Shown: positions 42,796-55,791, counted from the stretch's first letter. The stretch is DNA of 64,000 nt from Eledone cirrhosa (GCA_964016885.1 OZ024741.1:316200001-316264000), one strand, 5' to 3'. Notes: a model not told the origin generated them from the letters alone. Program-made: numbers and translations.

Positions 42796-42893
42796 TATAT
42801 ATATATATATATATCAATGATATTAATAAATGGAAACTATTTTTTATAAAACTATATTTATTCTATCATATACGTATATATATACATATATAC

Positions 42894-42956
<63 letters not shown>

Positions 42957-42960
<4 letters not shown>

Positions 42961-43127
42961 TAAAGTTAGTCCTTCATCAGTGATCTTCCAACCATCATTG
43001 GTATTTCATCGCTTTAAAGACCATACACCTCCGGTTGGTGCGAGCAACGGCTAAAGAAAGTCGTCGGGACACGTAAATAAGGGGGACGAGCGAGAGTGTA
43101 AACAAACAGAGATGGTAAAGCAACGAA
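42957..43127 (-). repeat. Inverted copy of the 230-409 repeat
   Basis: Reverse-complement similarity. Confidence 0.6.
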
Positions 43128-43146
43128 ATATATATATATAAAATTC

Positions 43147-43178
<32 letters not shown>

Positions 43179-43313
43179 TGCAAAAGTTATATTTAATTTG
43201 TTGGGATTCAACAAGCTTAAAAGTTTTACAACTGATATGAAGCACTCAACAGTTTACTGGAGTAAATATTCAATATATTAATAAATGGAAACTATATTTT
43301 TTAAAAAAATTAT

Positions 43314-43379
43314 TATTTTATTATATATATTTCAAGGGCAACCAAGGCAAATTTTGGTGCGCTTTCATCAGATAAAATA
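43314..43379 (-). ncRNA. Type-I hammerhead ribozyme motif
   Basis: Reverse complement of 43510-43575, core intact. Confidence 0.8.
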
Positions 43380-43509
43380 TAAAATTTGTTTTATAAATAT
43401 TGACATACCCGTAGAAAATCAATCTTGACGGTTGAAGATTCTCCAGAGATCTTTCAACCGTCAAGGTTGTTTTTCTACGGGTATGTCAATATTTATAAAA
43501 CAAATTTTG

Positions 43510-43575
43510 TATTTTATCTGATGAAAGCGCACCAAAATTTGCCTTGGTTGCCCTTGAAATATATATAATAAAATA
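43510..43575 (+). ncRNA. Type-I hammerhead ribozyme motif
   Basis: tattttat-CTGATGA-aagcgcaccaa..ttggttgccctt-GAAA-tatatata-ataaaata; perfect 8-bp helix I; AUA cleavage triplet ending at 43567. Confidence 0.8.
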
Positions 43576-43613
43576 ATTATGGTTTTATAAATATAGTTTC
43601 CATTTATTAATAT

Positions 43614-43702
<89 letters not shown>

Positions 43703-43852
43703 TGTCTTTTATAATAATCGTCTTTTTCTCCCTGTGTTCATATATATATATATATACCGGGTGTACCAAATAAATGTATACACTCTTTGATTACCTGTAC
43801 AGGCAATATTTATTAGAATGCTGTTGAAGAGTGTGCACATACTTCGGGACAC

Positions 43853-43894
<42 letters not shown>

Positions 43895-44587
43895 AAAACC
43901 TTTCGCTCTACACGGCTGAATACAATAAATGTAATCTGACTTTTTCGAATATTAATAAAAAATATTCGATTCGTTTGCAATTATGCAAACAAGCCTCATT
44001 TTTATAGCCACGTCAGTAGAATGAGCACCTCTTTCTTGTGTTGGCATGTAGAGCGAAACATATTTTTTTATTTGAATTTGGCAAAGCCGGTCATTAATCG
44101 CTCGTATACAGGAAACTGAATGGCCAGTCTGCTGATATGCAAATATGGCTGATCAGTGGATCTGCTAATATGGAGATCTGACTGATCAGCAAGTCTGCTA
44201 ATATGCAAATCAGGCTGATCAGGCACTGTATATTTAAAAAAATATCATATATGTTCACTAGCTCTGACAGTTGGCAGGTGAACAATGAACTGCACTGATA
44301 AAGGGTAATACCCAGAAACATTAGTGTCTGCAGTTCTGTTTACATGCCAACACAAGAGCAAGAATGAGGGGCTCATTCTACTGACATGGCTTTAAAAATG
44401 AGGCTTGTTTGCATAATTGCAAACGAATTGAATATTATTATTAATATTCGAAAAACTCAGATTACATTTGTTTATTTTTATTTGTACACCTTACACCGTT
44501 TTATCTCTGCCCTCCCCCCTCCACTTTTTCTAAATGTCTCTCCACCACTCCCCACACACCCTAGGAAATCTCTTCCTACCCACTTTT

Positions 44588-44621
44588 CTCCTGATGATGG
44601 GCTTAAGCCCAAAACGTCGTA
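44588..44621 (+). ncRNA. Degenerate minimal hammerhead (Penelope pLTR-type)
   Basis: CTGATGA-t-gggc-ttaa-gccc-AAAA-c-gtc; GAAA>AAAA at a CpG; helix I poor; AATAAA ~35 nt downstream, then T-rich sequence and (TA)n. Confidence 0.5.
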
Positions 44622-44703
44622 CCCCACCCACTCACTCTCAAGAGCATGAACCTAATAAACTTTTATTTGTACTGCCTCTCTGTTTTTGTTCCCGCCCAAG
44701 TTT

Positions 44704-45670
<967 letters not shown>

Positions 45671-46110
45671 TACATAATAATAATACTATTTATAGTTATG
45701 TATATACTATCAACAACTATAAACAGGAAAGGTCAGTAATTTCTTCTACCTATTACCAGCAAGAGAAATAGCTCAATGTAAGAACATCAGTTGTTTTACA
45801 GAGCAGGAAAATAAATTAGACAATTATCAAAGTTGTGTTCAAACCATTTAATAGCTAACAATCGTTTCTTCCAAATTTTCGTGTGGAATCATCGGAGCAC
45901 TATCAATGTTTGTACATATAATTAACCTCCTATTCAACTGAATAATCATATAGATACATATATATTGATGCTGTGAGAAACAGTTTCGTATTTATAGGGT
46001 GTACTTGATGCGACATATATCATATGAGAATTATACAATAATTCAAATTAAAAGCACAGACTTGAATACATATAATTTATATATATACATATAGATATAT
46101 ATACATACAC

Positions 46111-46182
<72 letters not shown>

Positions 46183-46184
46183 TA

Positions 46185-46358
46185 ATTGTTTCTACATTTG
46201 GCACAAGGCCAGCAATCACCCAGTGCATCACTGATACTTTATTTTATCGACCCCGTAAGGATGAAAGGCAAAGTTAACCTCGGCGGGATTTGAACTCAGA
46301 ATGGCAAGGAGCGTAACTCCATGCGTCAAAGCATGGCGTCCGACCCTCTAATGATACT
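46185..46358 (-). mobile_element. tRNA-derived SINE with (TTA)n tail
   Basis: Reverse complement of the 42482 copy. Confidence 0.85.
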
Positions 46359-46599
46359 ATTTATAGTTATGTATATACTATAAATAACTATAAACAGGAA
46401 AGGTCAGTAATTTATTACTACCTTATTACCAGTAATAGAAATAACTCAATATAATAACATAATTGCGTAATTTATATATATATATTAATAAAAGGAATTC
46501 CAACTCTGTCTGATTTACTCGTTTTATTTACAATCCTTTAAAATTATAATGATATTATAATGAAATAGTATGGTAGAATATTAAATGTTAAATGTTAAT

Positions 46600-46638
46600 T
46601 GAACAAGTACTTTCATGCTTTCGCAATCTTCACGTTCA
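46600..46638 (-). ncRNA. Minimal hammerhead, core-mutated copy (C3>G)
   Basis: Minus strand reads tgaac-GTGAAGA-ttgc-gaaa-gcat-GAAA-gtactt-gttca. Confidence 0.5.
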
Positions 46639-46676
46639 TATTCAGTGGTTGCAAACTTGACTGTCACCACTGAATA

Positions 46677-46715
46677 TGAACCTGAAGATTGCGAAAGCCT
46701 GAAAGTACTTGTTCA
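46677..46715 (+). ncRNA. Minimal type-I hammerhead ribozyme motif
   Basis: tgaac-CTGAAGA-ttgc-gaaa-gcct-GAAA-gtactt-gttca; helix I tgaac/gttca; palindromic AAGTACTT helix III; helix II weak. Confidence 0.65.
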
Positions 46716-46852
46716 ATTAACATTTAACATTTAATATTCTACCAAACTATTTCATTATAATATCATTATAATTTTAAAGGATTGTAAATAAAACGAGTAA
46801 ATCAGACAGCGTTGGAATTCCTTTTATTAATATAATCTTCTACACCCGTGTA

Positions 46853-46910
<58 letters not shown>

Positions 46911-47110
46911 AAACTTAACGAAGGACAAAACAACGAAGGAAAACCAGTCAAAACAAAAATATTTGAATGTGTGTGTACGTGTGTATACATATATATAAAT
47001 ATTTCCAAAATGGCTGACTGAATACACACGTGCTTTTTATCAAAGAATTTGTTTCCGTTCCCTACCCTTCTCAGTCTATCTTTCTATTACATTTTATATT
47101 TCTCATGTTA

Positions 47111-47146
47111 TCTTCTGATGAAGAACAAGTGTCCGAAACGTAAAAA
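47111..47146 (+). ncRNA. Minimal type-I hammerhead ribozyme motif
   Basis: tctt-CTGATGA-a-gaac-aagt-gtcc-GAAA-cg-ta-aaaa; palindromic ACGT helix III; one mismatch each in helices I and II. Confidence 0.6.
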
Positions 47147-47245
47147 CTATTTTCCTACTACATCACGCATTAAATTAATATATTTCTTCATTGCACTAGG
47201 TTGTTTTCTTTGTTGTTTCCCTTTATATTTTAGATCCAAATATAT

Positions 47246-47298
<53 letters not shown>

Positions 47299-47717
47299 CA
47301 TATATATTTTTATATATACACATATACATACATACATTTATATACACCCATATATATATATATATGTATATATGTGTGTGTATGTGTGTGTGTGTGTAAA
47401 TATATACTTATATATGTATACACATATATACATATATACATATATACATATACATATATACATATAGACACACACGTTTGTATGTGTGTGTGTGTGTGCA
47501 TGTGAACACATACATGTGCAGTAAGAAAGCCTGACTAATGTATTTGAAATGTTTACAGTAATGTTTTTCTCAAGACTGTGCTGCTCCTACTTAAATATAT
47601 TCCAGTGTTCAAACATTTCGCCAATTGTCTATATACGTATCGATTTCGTATTTTTTGTTGTTTTCAAGATTTCTTGATGAGATTTTCTTCCTCTCTTTCT
47701 CTTTTTCTCTCTCTTTC

Positions 47718-47769
<52 letters not shown>

Positions 47770-47871
47770 TCTCTCTCTCTCGCATTCTGTGTGTGTTTAT
47801 ATATATATTTATTTATATATATATATTTATTTATATATATATATTTATTTATGTATATATATTTATGTGTC

Positions 47872-47931
<60 letters not shown>

Positions 47932-48387
47932 GAGAGAGTGAGAGGGGAGAGGGGAGAGAGACAGTCAGAAGCAGGGAGGGAGGAAGAGAATTACGTATGT
48001 GTACATGTATGCATACATATATTTATATACATATAATAGACATTACACAGCCCGGTCTCTCGTCCATACCACCTTCCTCTCTTTTCTATGTCTCCGTGGC
48101 AAATTTATTTGTCTGAACGTTGAATTGTAGTCCATAGATTTTTTCTAATTTTCTATTTCTCTCCATTCTATGTTTTTCTCTTTTGGCTAAGCTACTGCAC
48201 ACCGTTTCTATCTCTTTCTTCCTTTTCCTTTGATGCACTTTGGTTTGTAGAATTTTTCTCCCATTTTTCTTAGTTTTTATTTGTAAAACACCAAAGTAAC
48301 AAGGCTTTACTACGTAGACATTAAATGAATATTTAAACTGTACTTTGGTAATGATTACTTTTTCTCCCGACCGTCAATAATATATTA

Positions 48388-48433
<46 letters not shown>

Positions 48434-48510
48434 CCATTCAATGGCTATCATCGAAATATATATAGCAGTAAATAAAGGATTATGAGTTCATGCAATTGAC
48501 TTATGTTTCG

Positions 48511-48588
<78 letters not shown>

Positions 48589-48591
<3 letters not shown>

Positions 48592-48812
48592 TCCTGTGCC
48601 CAAAATATAAAATCCCACATCAAAAGTAAACCTAACAGCCCTCAAACACCCGATTGCTTCTGCAGGAAGCCAGAAGAAAGCCCTCTTGACCAGCAGGGAT
48701 ATACGAAGCAGAAGTAATATCCATAAACCAAAACCACCAAAAAAACCCATGACATATGTAGGCATGTCGGAGAGTCGCTTCAAAAGCTGTTTTCCTTAAC
48801 CACGAAATGACA
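48589..48812 (+). pseudogene. Penelope-like element GIY-YIG endonuclease fragment
   Basis: HSCAQNIKSHI..CFCRKPEESPLD (cf. YSCMPN..CNCR..CPL), then after frameshifts IYEAEV..TYVGMSESRFK..NH; bounded 5' by (TA)n. Confidence 0.7.
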
Positions 48813-48814
48813 TA

Positions 48815-49075
48815 GTACCCGGTTTAGGGATATTAGGCATAATCTGTGATCCGGTTTTGGGATGCTAGACATAATCTGTTGCACAGTTTGGGGGTTGCTA
48901 GACTTAACCTTTCACCCTGTTATGGGGTACTAGGCTTAATTTGTCGACTTGTCTTGTGGGTTTTATACTTAATACGTCACCGGGTTCGGGGTTGCTAGGT
49001 TTAATCTGTCACGCTGTTTTAGGGATGCTAGGCATAATCTGTTGCGATAATTTGGAGTGGTAGATTTAACACGGG
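48815..49075. repeat. Degenerate ~32-bp tandem repeat, ~8 units
   Basis: Recurring 'gttttgggatgctaggcataatctgt' core at ~32-bp spacing. Confidence 0.7.
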
Positions 49076-49299
49076 ATTGGTCATGGCGGGGACTACATGC
49101 GTGAGTTTTTATTTGTTTATTGACTTTTGATATGAGGGTCTTTTTTTTTATAGGTTTTAGCGATGCTATCTTTATATTACAAGGCAATTTTTATTTAACT
49201 TGTTGACGTCACGGTGAGTTAGTCTCGGTAATTTGAGACGAATCGCACCTGTTGGAATCCATCCTCTTCTTCCAGCACTTCACTCCTTCATTCACATAC

Positions 49300-49301
<2 letters not shown>

Positions 49302-49375
<74 letters not shown>

Positions 49376-49480
49376 TATCTCCCTCTTTCTCCCTCATTTA
49401 TACCTTTCTCTCTCTCTCTCTCATATCTCCCTCTTTCTTCCTCCTCTTCCTCCTCTTCCTCCTCTTCCTCCTCCTCTCTC
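49302..49480. repeat. (CT)n and (CCT/CTT)n polypyrimidine tract
   Basis: Direct reading. Confidence 0.9.
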
Positions 49481-49604
49481 TCACTTCCTCTCCTTGTTCT
49501 AACCACCTATCTGATATTTATATACCACCTCTTCTTCCCCCCCTTTTACCGACACTTTTAGCCATCTGATATATTTACTACCCTCTCTCATTTGTTCTGG
49601 ATAT

Positions 49605-49682
<78 letters not shown>

Positions 49683-50041
49683 ATATATACATACACTTTT
49701 CTCTAACTGTCAGTCTCTCTCCATCTCTCTCTCTCTCCCTCTTTCTCCTGTCCCACTAACCAGTTATCATCAATCTGACCCTCTCCACAAAACATGTAAT
49801 ACGACCAAATCCACCCCCACTATTCCACACACAGATATGTAAACCACACCCGACAATCCACCCTTCACACACTCGAGTAAGCCACACCCGGTTCACAGCT
49901 GCAAGCTGGCATCGTTTCTGGTAGATGAAGTCAATGTTTGAGTGTATGTATATATATATAGAGAGAGAGAAAGAGAGAGAGAGAGAGTGAGTGAGAGAGA
50001 GAGAGAGAGAGAGGGGGGGGGGAGAGAGAGTGAGATAGATA

Positions 50042-50110
50042 GATTTCTTTATTTGCCACAAGGGCGCACAAGAAAAGGGGACAATACAAAGACACATGCC
50101 GGGGATTAGA
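50042..50110 (-). mobile_element. Tx1-like 3'-end fragment beside (GATA)n
   Basis: gatttctttatttgccacaagggcgcacaa..ggggacaatacaaag matches 57061 and 58323. Confidence 0.75.
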
Positions 50111-50569
50111 CGTGTGTATGTGAATATATATGTATGCACGTATGTTCGTGAGTGTATGTATGCTTGTGTATGTATGTATGTGTATGTTTAGATATGTATG
50201 CTTGTGTGTGTGTGTGTGTTTGCGTATATAAATTATATACATACATAGAAACACAAATACAAACACGCATACCCACACACATATATACACGCATGCACAG
50301 AGACACATTCAGGCAAACACACACAAACGGTGCGTTTTCTGCTTATGCGTATGTGTGACTATGTATATTTGTATATATGCATATATTTGTGAATCAAATA
50401 TGCATTGTAAGTGCATGTATATGCACATACATAAATACACGTGTTCTTTTTTATTTTTTTTGCTACGTACGTGCACCAGAGGTTTCCAATATTTTATCAC
50501 CCAAATGCCCCATATACTTTAATACATTCTCTTTACAATTTCTCCTCTCTCATGTTTCTGATTTAGCAT

Positions 50570-50730
50570 ATGGCCAACAATTTGGGGTAAAGAGAAGTGA
50601 ATTAAATCGACCCCAATGCGTTACTGGTACTTTATTTTATCGACCCCGTAAGGCTCAAAATGTTAAGAGCCATAACTATATGCCACAAAGCATGTTGCCT
50701 GATGCTCTACCGATACTGCCAATCCACCGC
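50570..50730 (-). mobile_element. Diverged SINE copy
   Basis: tactggtactttattttatcgaccccgtaagg and ctctaccgatactgccaat shared with the SINE family. Confidence 0.65.
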
Positions 50731-51084
50731 TCTTATACAGTGAGAATAACCATCAAATAAGAGGAATATTTACAGTTAAAGAAGAATGTAGACCCAATAA
50801 TGTATGTATATTATGTTTATAACAGTACTGGAAATTTTTAATTGAGTCTACGTACATCCAGAGGTCTGCTAACCGTAGTTTAGGAATGACATACGTATAT
50901 ATTATACTAAGCCTATGTATAAAGGAATATACCTGTAACTGTATGTATAAATATATATACGTGTGATGTGATTCGCATGGGATGTGTATAGCGGCTCTAT
51001 GTATGAGAGCATATACAGCAGACTCGCACACACAAAACACACATATAAATGTGTGTATGTGTATGTATACACACACACACACAT

Positions 51085-51177
<93 letters not shown>

Positions 51178-51553
51178 TTAGTGTGTGCATGTGCGTTTGT
51201 ATGTATGTGTGTATAAGACACTTATAAAGAGAGTCGAATTTATACTTCTGGATATTATCAAACGGTTATTGTTATCAAACTTTATTTTTATTATCTATAG
51301 TCAGGCTATTAATATACCCTGGCCAGATGTGAAGTTAGACTCCCATACCCAATAAAAGACGTACGCTATTGTTGTGCGTTCTAATATTGCAAAACTAAAG
51401 CTCCAATTCCAAGCTGTTATTCAATATCTTGAATATAAAAACAGTAATTAGTCTTGAAGAAATATAACAATAATATTTGTAAGAAAAGAAAGATATACAA
51501 TAAAACAAAGTTATATTGAGGATAGATAAACTTCATAACATTCTTCGCCGATT

Positions 51554-53101
51554 TTATTGTTCTTCAATATAGCGCTTGGGGGCTACGCGTATACGATTGC
51601 TTCGTCTCACGGGGTCAACAGGAACTTGCGGTAGGATGCTAGTGCTATTTGCCACGGGATTTAAATCAATCACGGTTTCATCTAAGAGTAGATCGTTACT
51701 GTGGTCGATGTTAAGTGGTCTCGGCATATCAGCAGGACTGCTAATCGAACTGTTTTCTTGGATGGATTGATTGTCATTATTTTGACAATTAATTGGGCCA
51801 GGGGAGAGGTCTGCTGTTGAGACTGTACTAGATCTTCCATTTTGATATCTGACAACCGCGAAATTAGCATTCACCATCTGTTCGATAATAACTTTATTCA
51901 CTAATGGGTGGTTCTTTGTACGAATAAAGTTTCTAATATAGGTGTCGTTTCCAACTCTAAGCCAATCTGGTAGGGAAAATCCTAAGTAACCATTTCGATC
52001 GAATCTAAATATGCGGTTATGGGGTGTCTCATTAGTCGCTGTACAGAGAAGTGATCGTTGCGAGGCAAGAACTTCGGGTATGATATCTTCCCACTTAGTT
52101 TCTTTAAGTTTGCGCGAGCTAATTATGCATTGAATTCCTTTCCAGAGGACTCCGTTGTAGCGCTCGTTTTGGCCATTTCCTTGTGGATGGTACGGCGAAG
52201 TGCGCGTGTGGGATATACCAATGGACAAGCAGAAATGATCGAATTCTTTGGAGAGAAACTGAGTTCCTCGATCGGAGTGTATGAATGAGGGAGCTCCGAA
52301 TATTGAGAAGATTTGTTTGAGACAGTTAATGACGGTGTTTGAGGTGATGTCACCCATACCGAAAGCAAAAGGGAATCTGCTGAATTCGTCTACTGCAGTC
52401 AATAAGTATATGTTTTCTGCTTTTGAAGATTTTGGTTTTGGTCCAACGATATCGATTGACAGACGTTCGAACGGCCTTGTTGACTTAATGAGTTTAGCAA
52501 ATGGAGGCTTGAAGAATTTTGGCTTGCACTCCAAACATGATACGCAGTTTTTGACAACGTCGCGGATTTCGTCTACGGAAAAGGGCAGGTTATGGCGTCG
52601 GATATAATCGTAAAATCTAGTTACTCTTGGGTGTGCTAGTTGGTCGTGGAGTACTTTTAAATCACAGGGTGGTGATATAGCTGCAGCGATTCTTGAAAGA
52701 CAATCGGCTTGGGTGTTGAGGTAGCCGGGTTTGTAGTCAATGTCAAATTGATGCTCTGATAGTTCTAAACGCCAGCGAGATATTTTATCATTTTTGATTC
52801 GTGATTTATTACTCGAGAAAATGAAGGCTACTGATTTTTGGTCAGTCCGTATAATCGTATGAAAACACTTCACGTATTGCGACCATCTCCGTACAACTTC
52901 AATAATAGCCATAGCTTCTCGCTCCACAGTTGATTGTCTTTTCTCGGACGGTGTAAGTGTTCTCGACAGGAAGGCCACGGGCCGTTCGTTTTGAGAAAGT
53001 ATAGCTCCGATTGCATCGCCAGACGCATCTGTTTCTATTACCAATGCGTGGCCAGTTTTAAGAGGAATGCTAAGAGCGGCATTAGAGATATCTGCTTTCA
53101 T
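51554..53101 (-). CDS. Gypsy pol: RNase H plus integrase
   Basis: IETDASGDAIGA, EREAMAI, TDQKS (RNase H); H..HP..CVSC zinc-binding region, IDIVGP, HSDRGTQF, YHPQGNGQNER (DDE integrase). Confidence 0.9.
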   Translation of the reverse strand: MKADISNAALSIPLKTGHALVIETDASGDAIGAILSQNERPVAFLSRTLTPSEKRQSTVEREAMAIIEVVRRWSQYVKCFHTIIRTDQKSVAFIFSSNKSRIKNDKISRWRLELSEHQFDIDYKPGYLNTQADCLSRIAAAISPPCDLKVLHDQLAHPRVTRFYDYIRRHNLPFSVDEIRDVVKNCVSCLECKPKFFKPPFAKLIKSTRPFERLSIDIVGPKPKSSKAENIYLLTAVDEFSRFPFAFGMGDITSNTVINCLKQIFSIFGAPSFIHSDRGTQFLSKEFDHFCLSIGISHTRTSPYHPQGNGQNERYNGVLWKGIQCIISSRKLKETKWEDIIPEVLASQRSLLCTATNETPHNRIFRFDRNGYLGFSLPDWLRVGNDTYIRNFIRTKNHPLVNKVIIEQMVNANFAVVRYQNGRSSTVSTADLSPGPINCQNNDNQSIQENSSISSPADMPRPLNIDHSNDLLLDETVIDLNPVANSTSILPQVPVDPVRRSNRIRVAPKRYIEEQ

Positions 53102-53109
53102 GGCTTGTA

Positions 53110-53480
53110 TTACATTTTTCCACTAAAAGGTTGAGTCTTTTAATAAACTCTCGGACGGTTTCTTCTTGCTTTTGGCGGCATGTTAGGAGTTGATGTCTGG
53201 CATAGAGTATACGACTGGGGGCTAAGAATTGAGTATCCAGGGTGATTAGTGCTTCGTTGAAGTTTTCTGCAGATTCGAGTAAACTAAATAGGTCGGCCCC
53301 TGCTTGTGAACGAAGGTAGGTCAATTTATGGTTGTCCTCTACTATGCCGTTTATGAGTAGGGAATCCACAAAACACTTCCGCCACCATCGCCATTGCTCG
53401 GATGTGGGGTCATTTGGGAATGTTGGATGTGGAATTTTTAATTGAGCAATTGGTATTGAGAATGTAGCAAGCTTTGAAGG
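53110..53480 (-). pseudogene. Gypsy gag N-terminal part
   Basis: WRWWRKCF..KLTYL..YARHQLLTCRQKQEETVREFIKRL gag signature; fused out of frame to the RNase H linker. Confidence 0.8.
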
Positions 53481-53629
53481 TGGAGTAAGGGTGGAAACGA
53501 ATACCACAAAACGTCTAGTCTCGGAACGAAACAGTTGTAACAAATATAATATTGAATAAAATTGTCGTCTCTCTTGTTAATGAAACGTCCCTTAGTGGCA
53601 ATCGGCTTGATATTTGTCTCGGCTAAATC

Positions 53630-54095
53630 GTGGAAGACAACCTAGACGTCTCTCTGAATTCATCAACACTGTCAACTACATCCTCTCAAGAACCTACCGT
53701 AGCAGCTACAAAATCAAAACAACCTCTTCTGAAATACTTGAAAAATGCTAATTCCCAAAGTGAATTTAAATGCTTTTTTTGTGGACTTTCTAGGCATCCT
53801 AGAAATAAATGCCCAGCTAGAAAAGACATATGCTATTCTTGTGGGAAGATCGGCCACTGGCAATCAGTCTGTAAATCTGACTGCCAAAGCAGTAAGCAAG
53901 CAGCCTCACTTATATGTTCATTAAATACCGGCAAACAGTCTAAAGCTATTCTCTGCCCGATAACTATAAAAGACACCACACTAAAGGCCTTAATCGATAC
54001 TGGTTCCACAGATTCGTTTATACGTCATAGCATAGCAACTGAATTAAACTTGAGCGTAAAACAAGAAAAACGGGCAATCACACTAGCCGACAATA
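53630..54095 (+). pseudogene. Gypsy gag zinc knuckles plus aspartic protease, inverted relative to the element
   Basis: CFFCGLSRHPRNKCPA..CYSCGKIGHWQSVC; ALIDTGS. Confidence 0.88.
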
Positions 54096-54454
54096 AAATA
54101 TATACATACATGATGAGGGAGCTTATAGATAGGACAACACACGCTGTCTTTTGGTGGGATATTGAATAATATTGTTGTGCGTTCTAATATTGCAAAACTA
54201 AGGCTCCAATTCCAAGCTTTTATTCAATATCTAGAATATAAAAACAGTAATTAGTCTTGAAGAAATATAACAATAATATTTGTAAGAAAAGAAAGATATG
54301 CAATAAAACAAAGTTATATTGAGGATAGATAAACTTCATAACAGCTATATGTGAAATGTAGGCTTCCCTATCTAGTAATTGTCCCGGGTCAGATGTGAAA
54401 TCTAGGCTCTCATAGTTAGTAATATGTCCAGGACAGATGTGAAGTGTCTTTTTC

Positions 54455-54580
54455 TTGAGTCATCTCTCCATCGAAGTTGAAGCAGGCACAAAGGTCTCGT
54501 TCCAGACTTCTCGATTTCTCATCGCATCAAGAAGATCCTGCTCAGTAAGGCCAGTCTCTTGCCAACAGAAATTAGCATAT
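54455..54580 (-). mobile_element. Probable RTE-like LINE 3' fragment
   Basis: Minus-strand translation ETGLTEQDLLDAMRNREVW resembles RTE C-termini. Confidence 0.4.
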
Positions 54581-55519
54581 TACAGAGTTTTTATATGCTG
54601 CCCCCACACAAGAAATTGCGATCCTTCTGTTCATCGAAAATCGTTCACAACCGCGTTTGTGTACGTTTTCAAACCCACTAATATTAACCATTGGTTTTAT
54701 ATTTCAGTGTGTTGATAAATTAACTTTTATTATAAGACCCATTGTGGATACGTGTGATATGGAGTTTCAGATGGGGAACACAAAAAAAAACAGTTTACGA
54801 CGGTTTTGAAGGGCATATTCGTTCAAAACATCAAAACCCACAGGGAAACCATAAATTTCACCTTCAACCTTATAATCAAACCTATCAACCATCTAGCCTT
54901 AAAATAAGGGGGTGGTTGTAATAGTCCCAAATAAAGTATCAATCAACGAGTGATGGATTGGTGAAATAGGAAGGTTTTCAGACGGAGTGTTTCACAGTAT
55001 TTATATCGACCCTTTGCATACAGAGTTTAAATACAAATGTGGCCTACTTGAGTGGTAGACTTAATTGATCATCCGGTTTAACACCACCGCCTCGACCTTG
55101 GATGATTTTAACCGAGTCCACTGTTGCAAGCATTCATTGAGGATCCCTTTGTCTCTACCGCCCCTTCACGACCACCACCAGTTACGGTTATGGCCACTGA
55201 TCTTCTCTCCTCACTAAACAGTAAAACAGATCTGGCATTGAAATATCAGTACTTACTAATCAGGTTCAATCTGGTAACTGAGTCGCAATTGACAGTTTGA
55301 TTTAACAATGTTTAAAAAAGAATGCATTGATTAATGGAGCGCTCATATATAGAAAAGCATAAGAATTATGAGAGGTGTGTAACTGCAATGTTTGCATAAA
55401 CTGATGGATGATTTAACATGAAAAAAGCGACAGACAGTATGGTATCCAAATGCGTTGATGGTGAAGAAAAGCGTTACTTTCTTGTTATTTATGAGCTGAA
55501 ATAGGGATCAAGACAAAGT

Positions 55520-55791
55520 GTATCGTTTTACAACCGTTCTTGCATTGGTTGGAAGAGGTTCGGAGTTTATCCTGGTTTCATGTGTGTTAAGTGACTGAGA
55601 GTACAAGATGAAACGACAGCTTGTCGAAGTGTTAACTTCCAGTTACCACTGGTACTCATTTTCAGCTGAATGAACTGGTGTAACGTAAAATGAAGTACTT
55701 GCTCAAGAATAAAACGCGTTGCCTGGTTTGGGAATCGAAGCCACGACCTTATGGTCGTAAGCCCAACACACTAACCACTCGGTGACGTGCC
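55520..55791 (-). mobile_element. tRNA-derived SINE (second family)
   Basis: Antisense tRNA head gggaatcgaagccacgacc..ctaaccactcgg; body ggtactcattttcagctgaatgaactgg. Confidence 0.7.

Larger units (their letters stand above)
43178..43617. mobile_element. Fold-back element B: 347-bp near-perfect palindrome (43271-43617) plus one-sided tail (43178-43270)
   Basis: Arms are reverse-complementary about ~43444; tail and outer ~140 bp are homologous to element A. Confidence 0.88.
46481..46834. mobile_element. Fold-back element C: 354-bp hairpin, ~168-bp arms, ~18-nt loop
   Basis: Arms are reverse-complementary with few mismatches; termini tattaataaaaggaa resemble the A/B termini tattaataaatggaa. 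Confidence 0.88.
51370..54343 (-). mobile_element. Gypsy/Ty3 LTR retrotransposon, rearranged, RT largely missing
   Basis: 171-bp LTRs TGTT..AACA at 51370-51540 and 54173-54343 (4 differences seen); 5-bp TSD GCTAT at 51365-51369 and 54344-54348; purine-rich tract before the 3' LTR. Confidence 0.95.
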
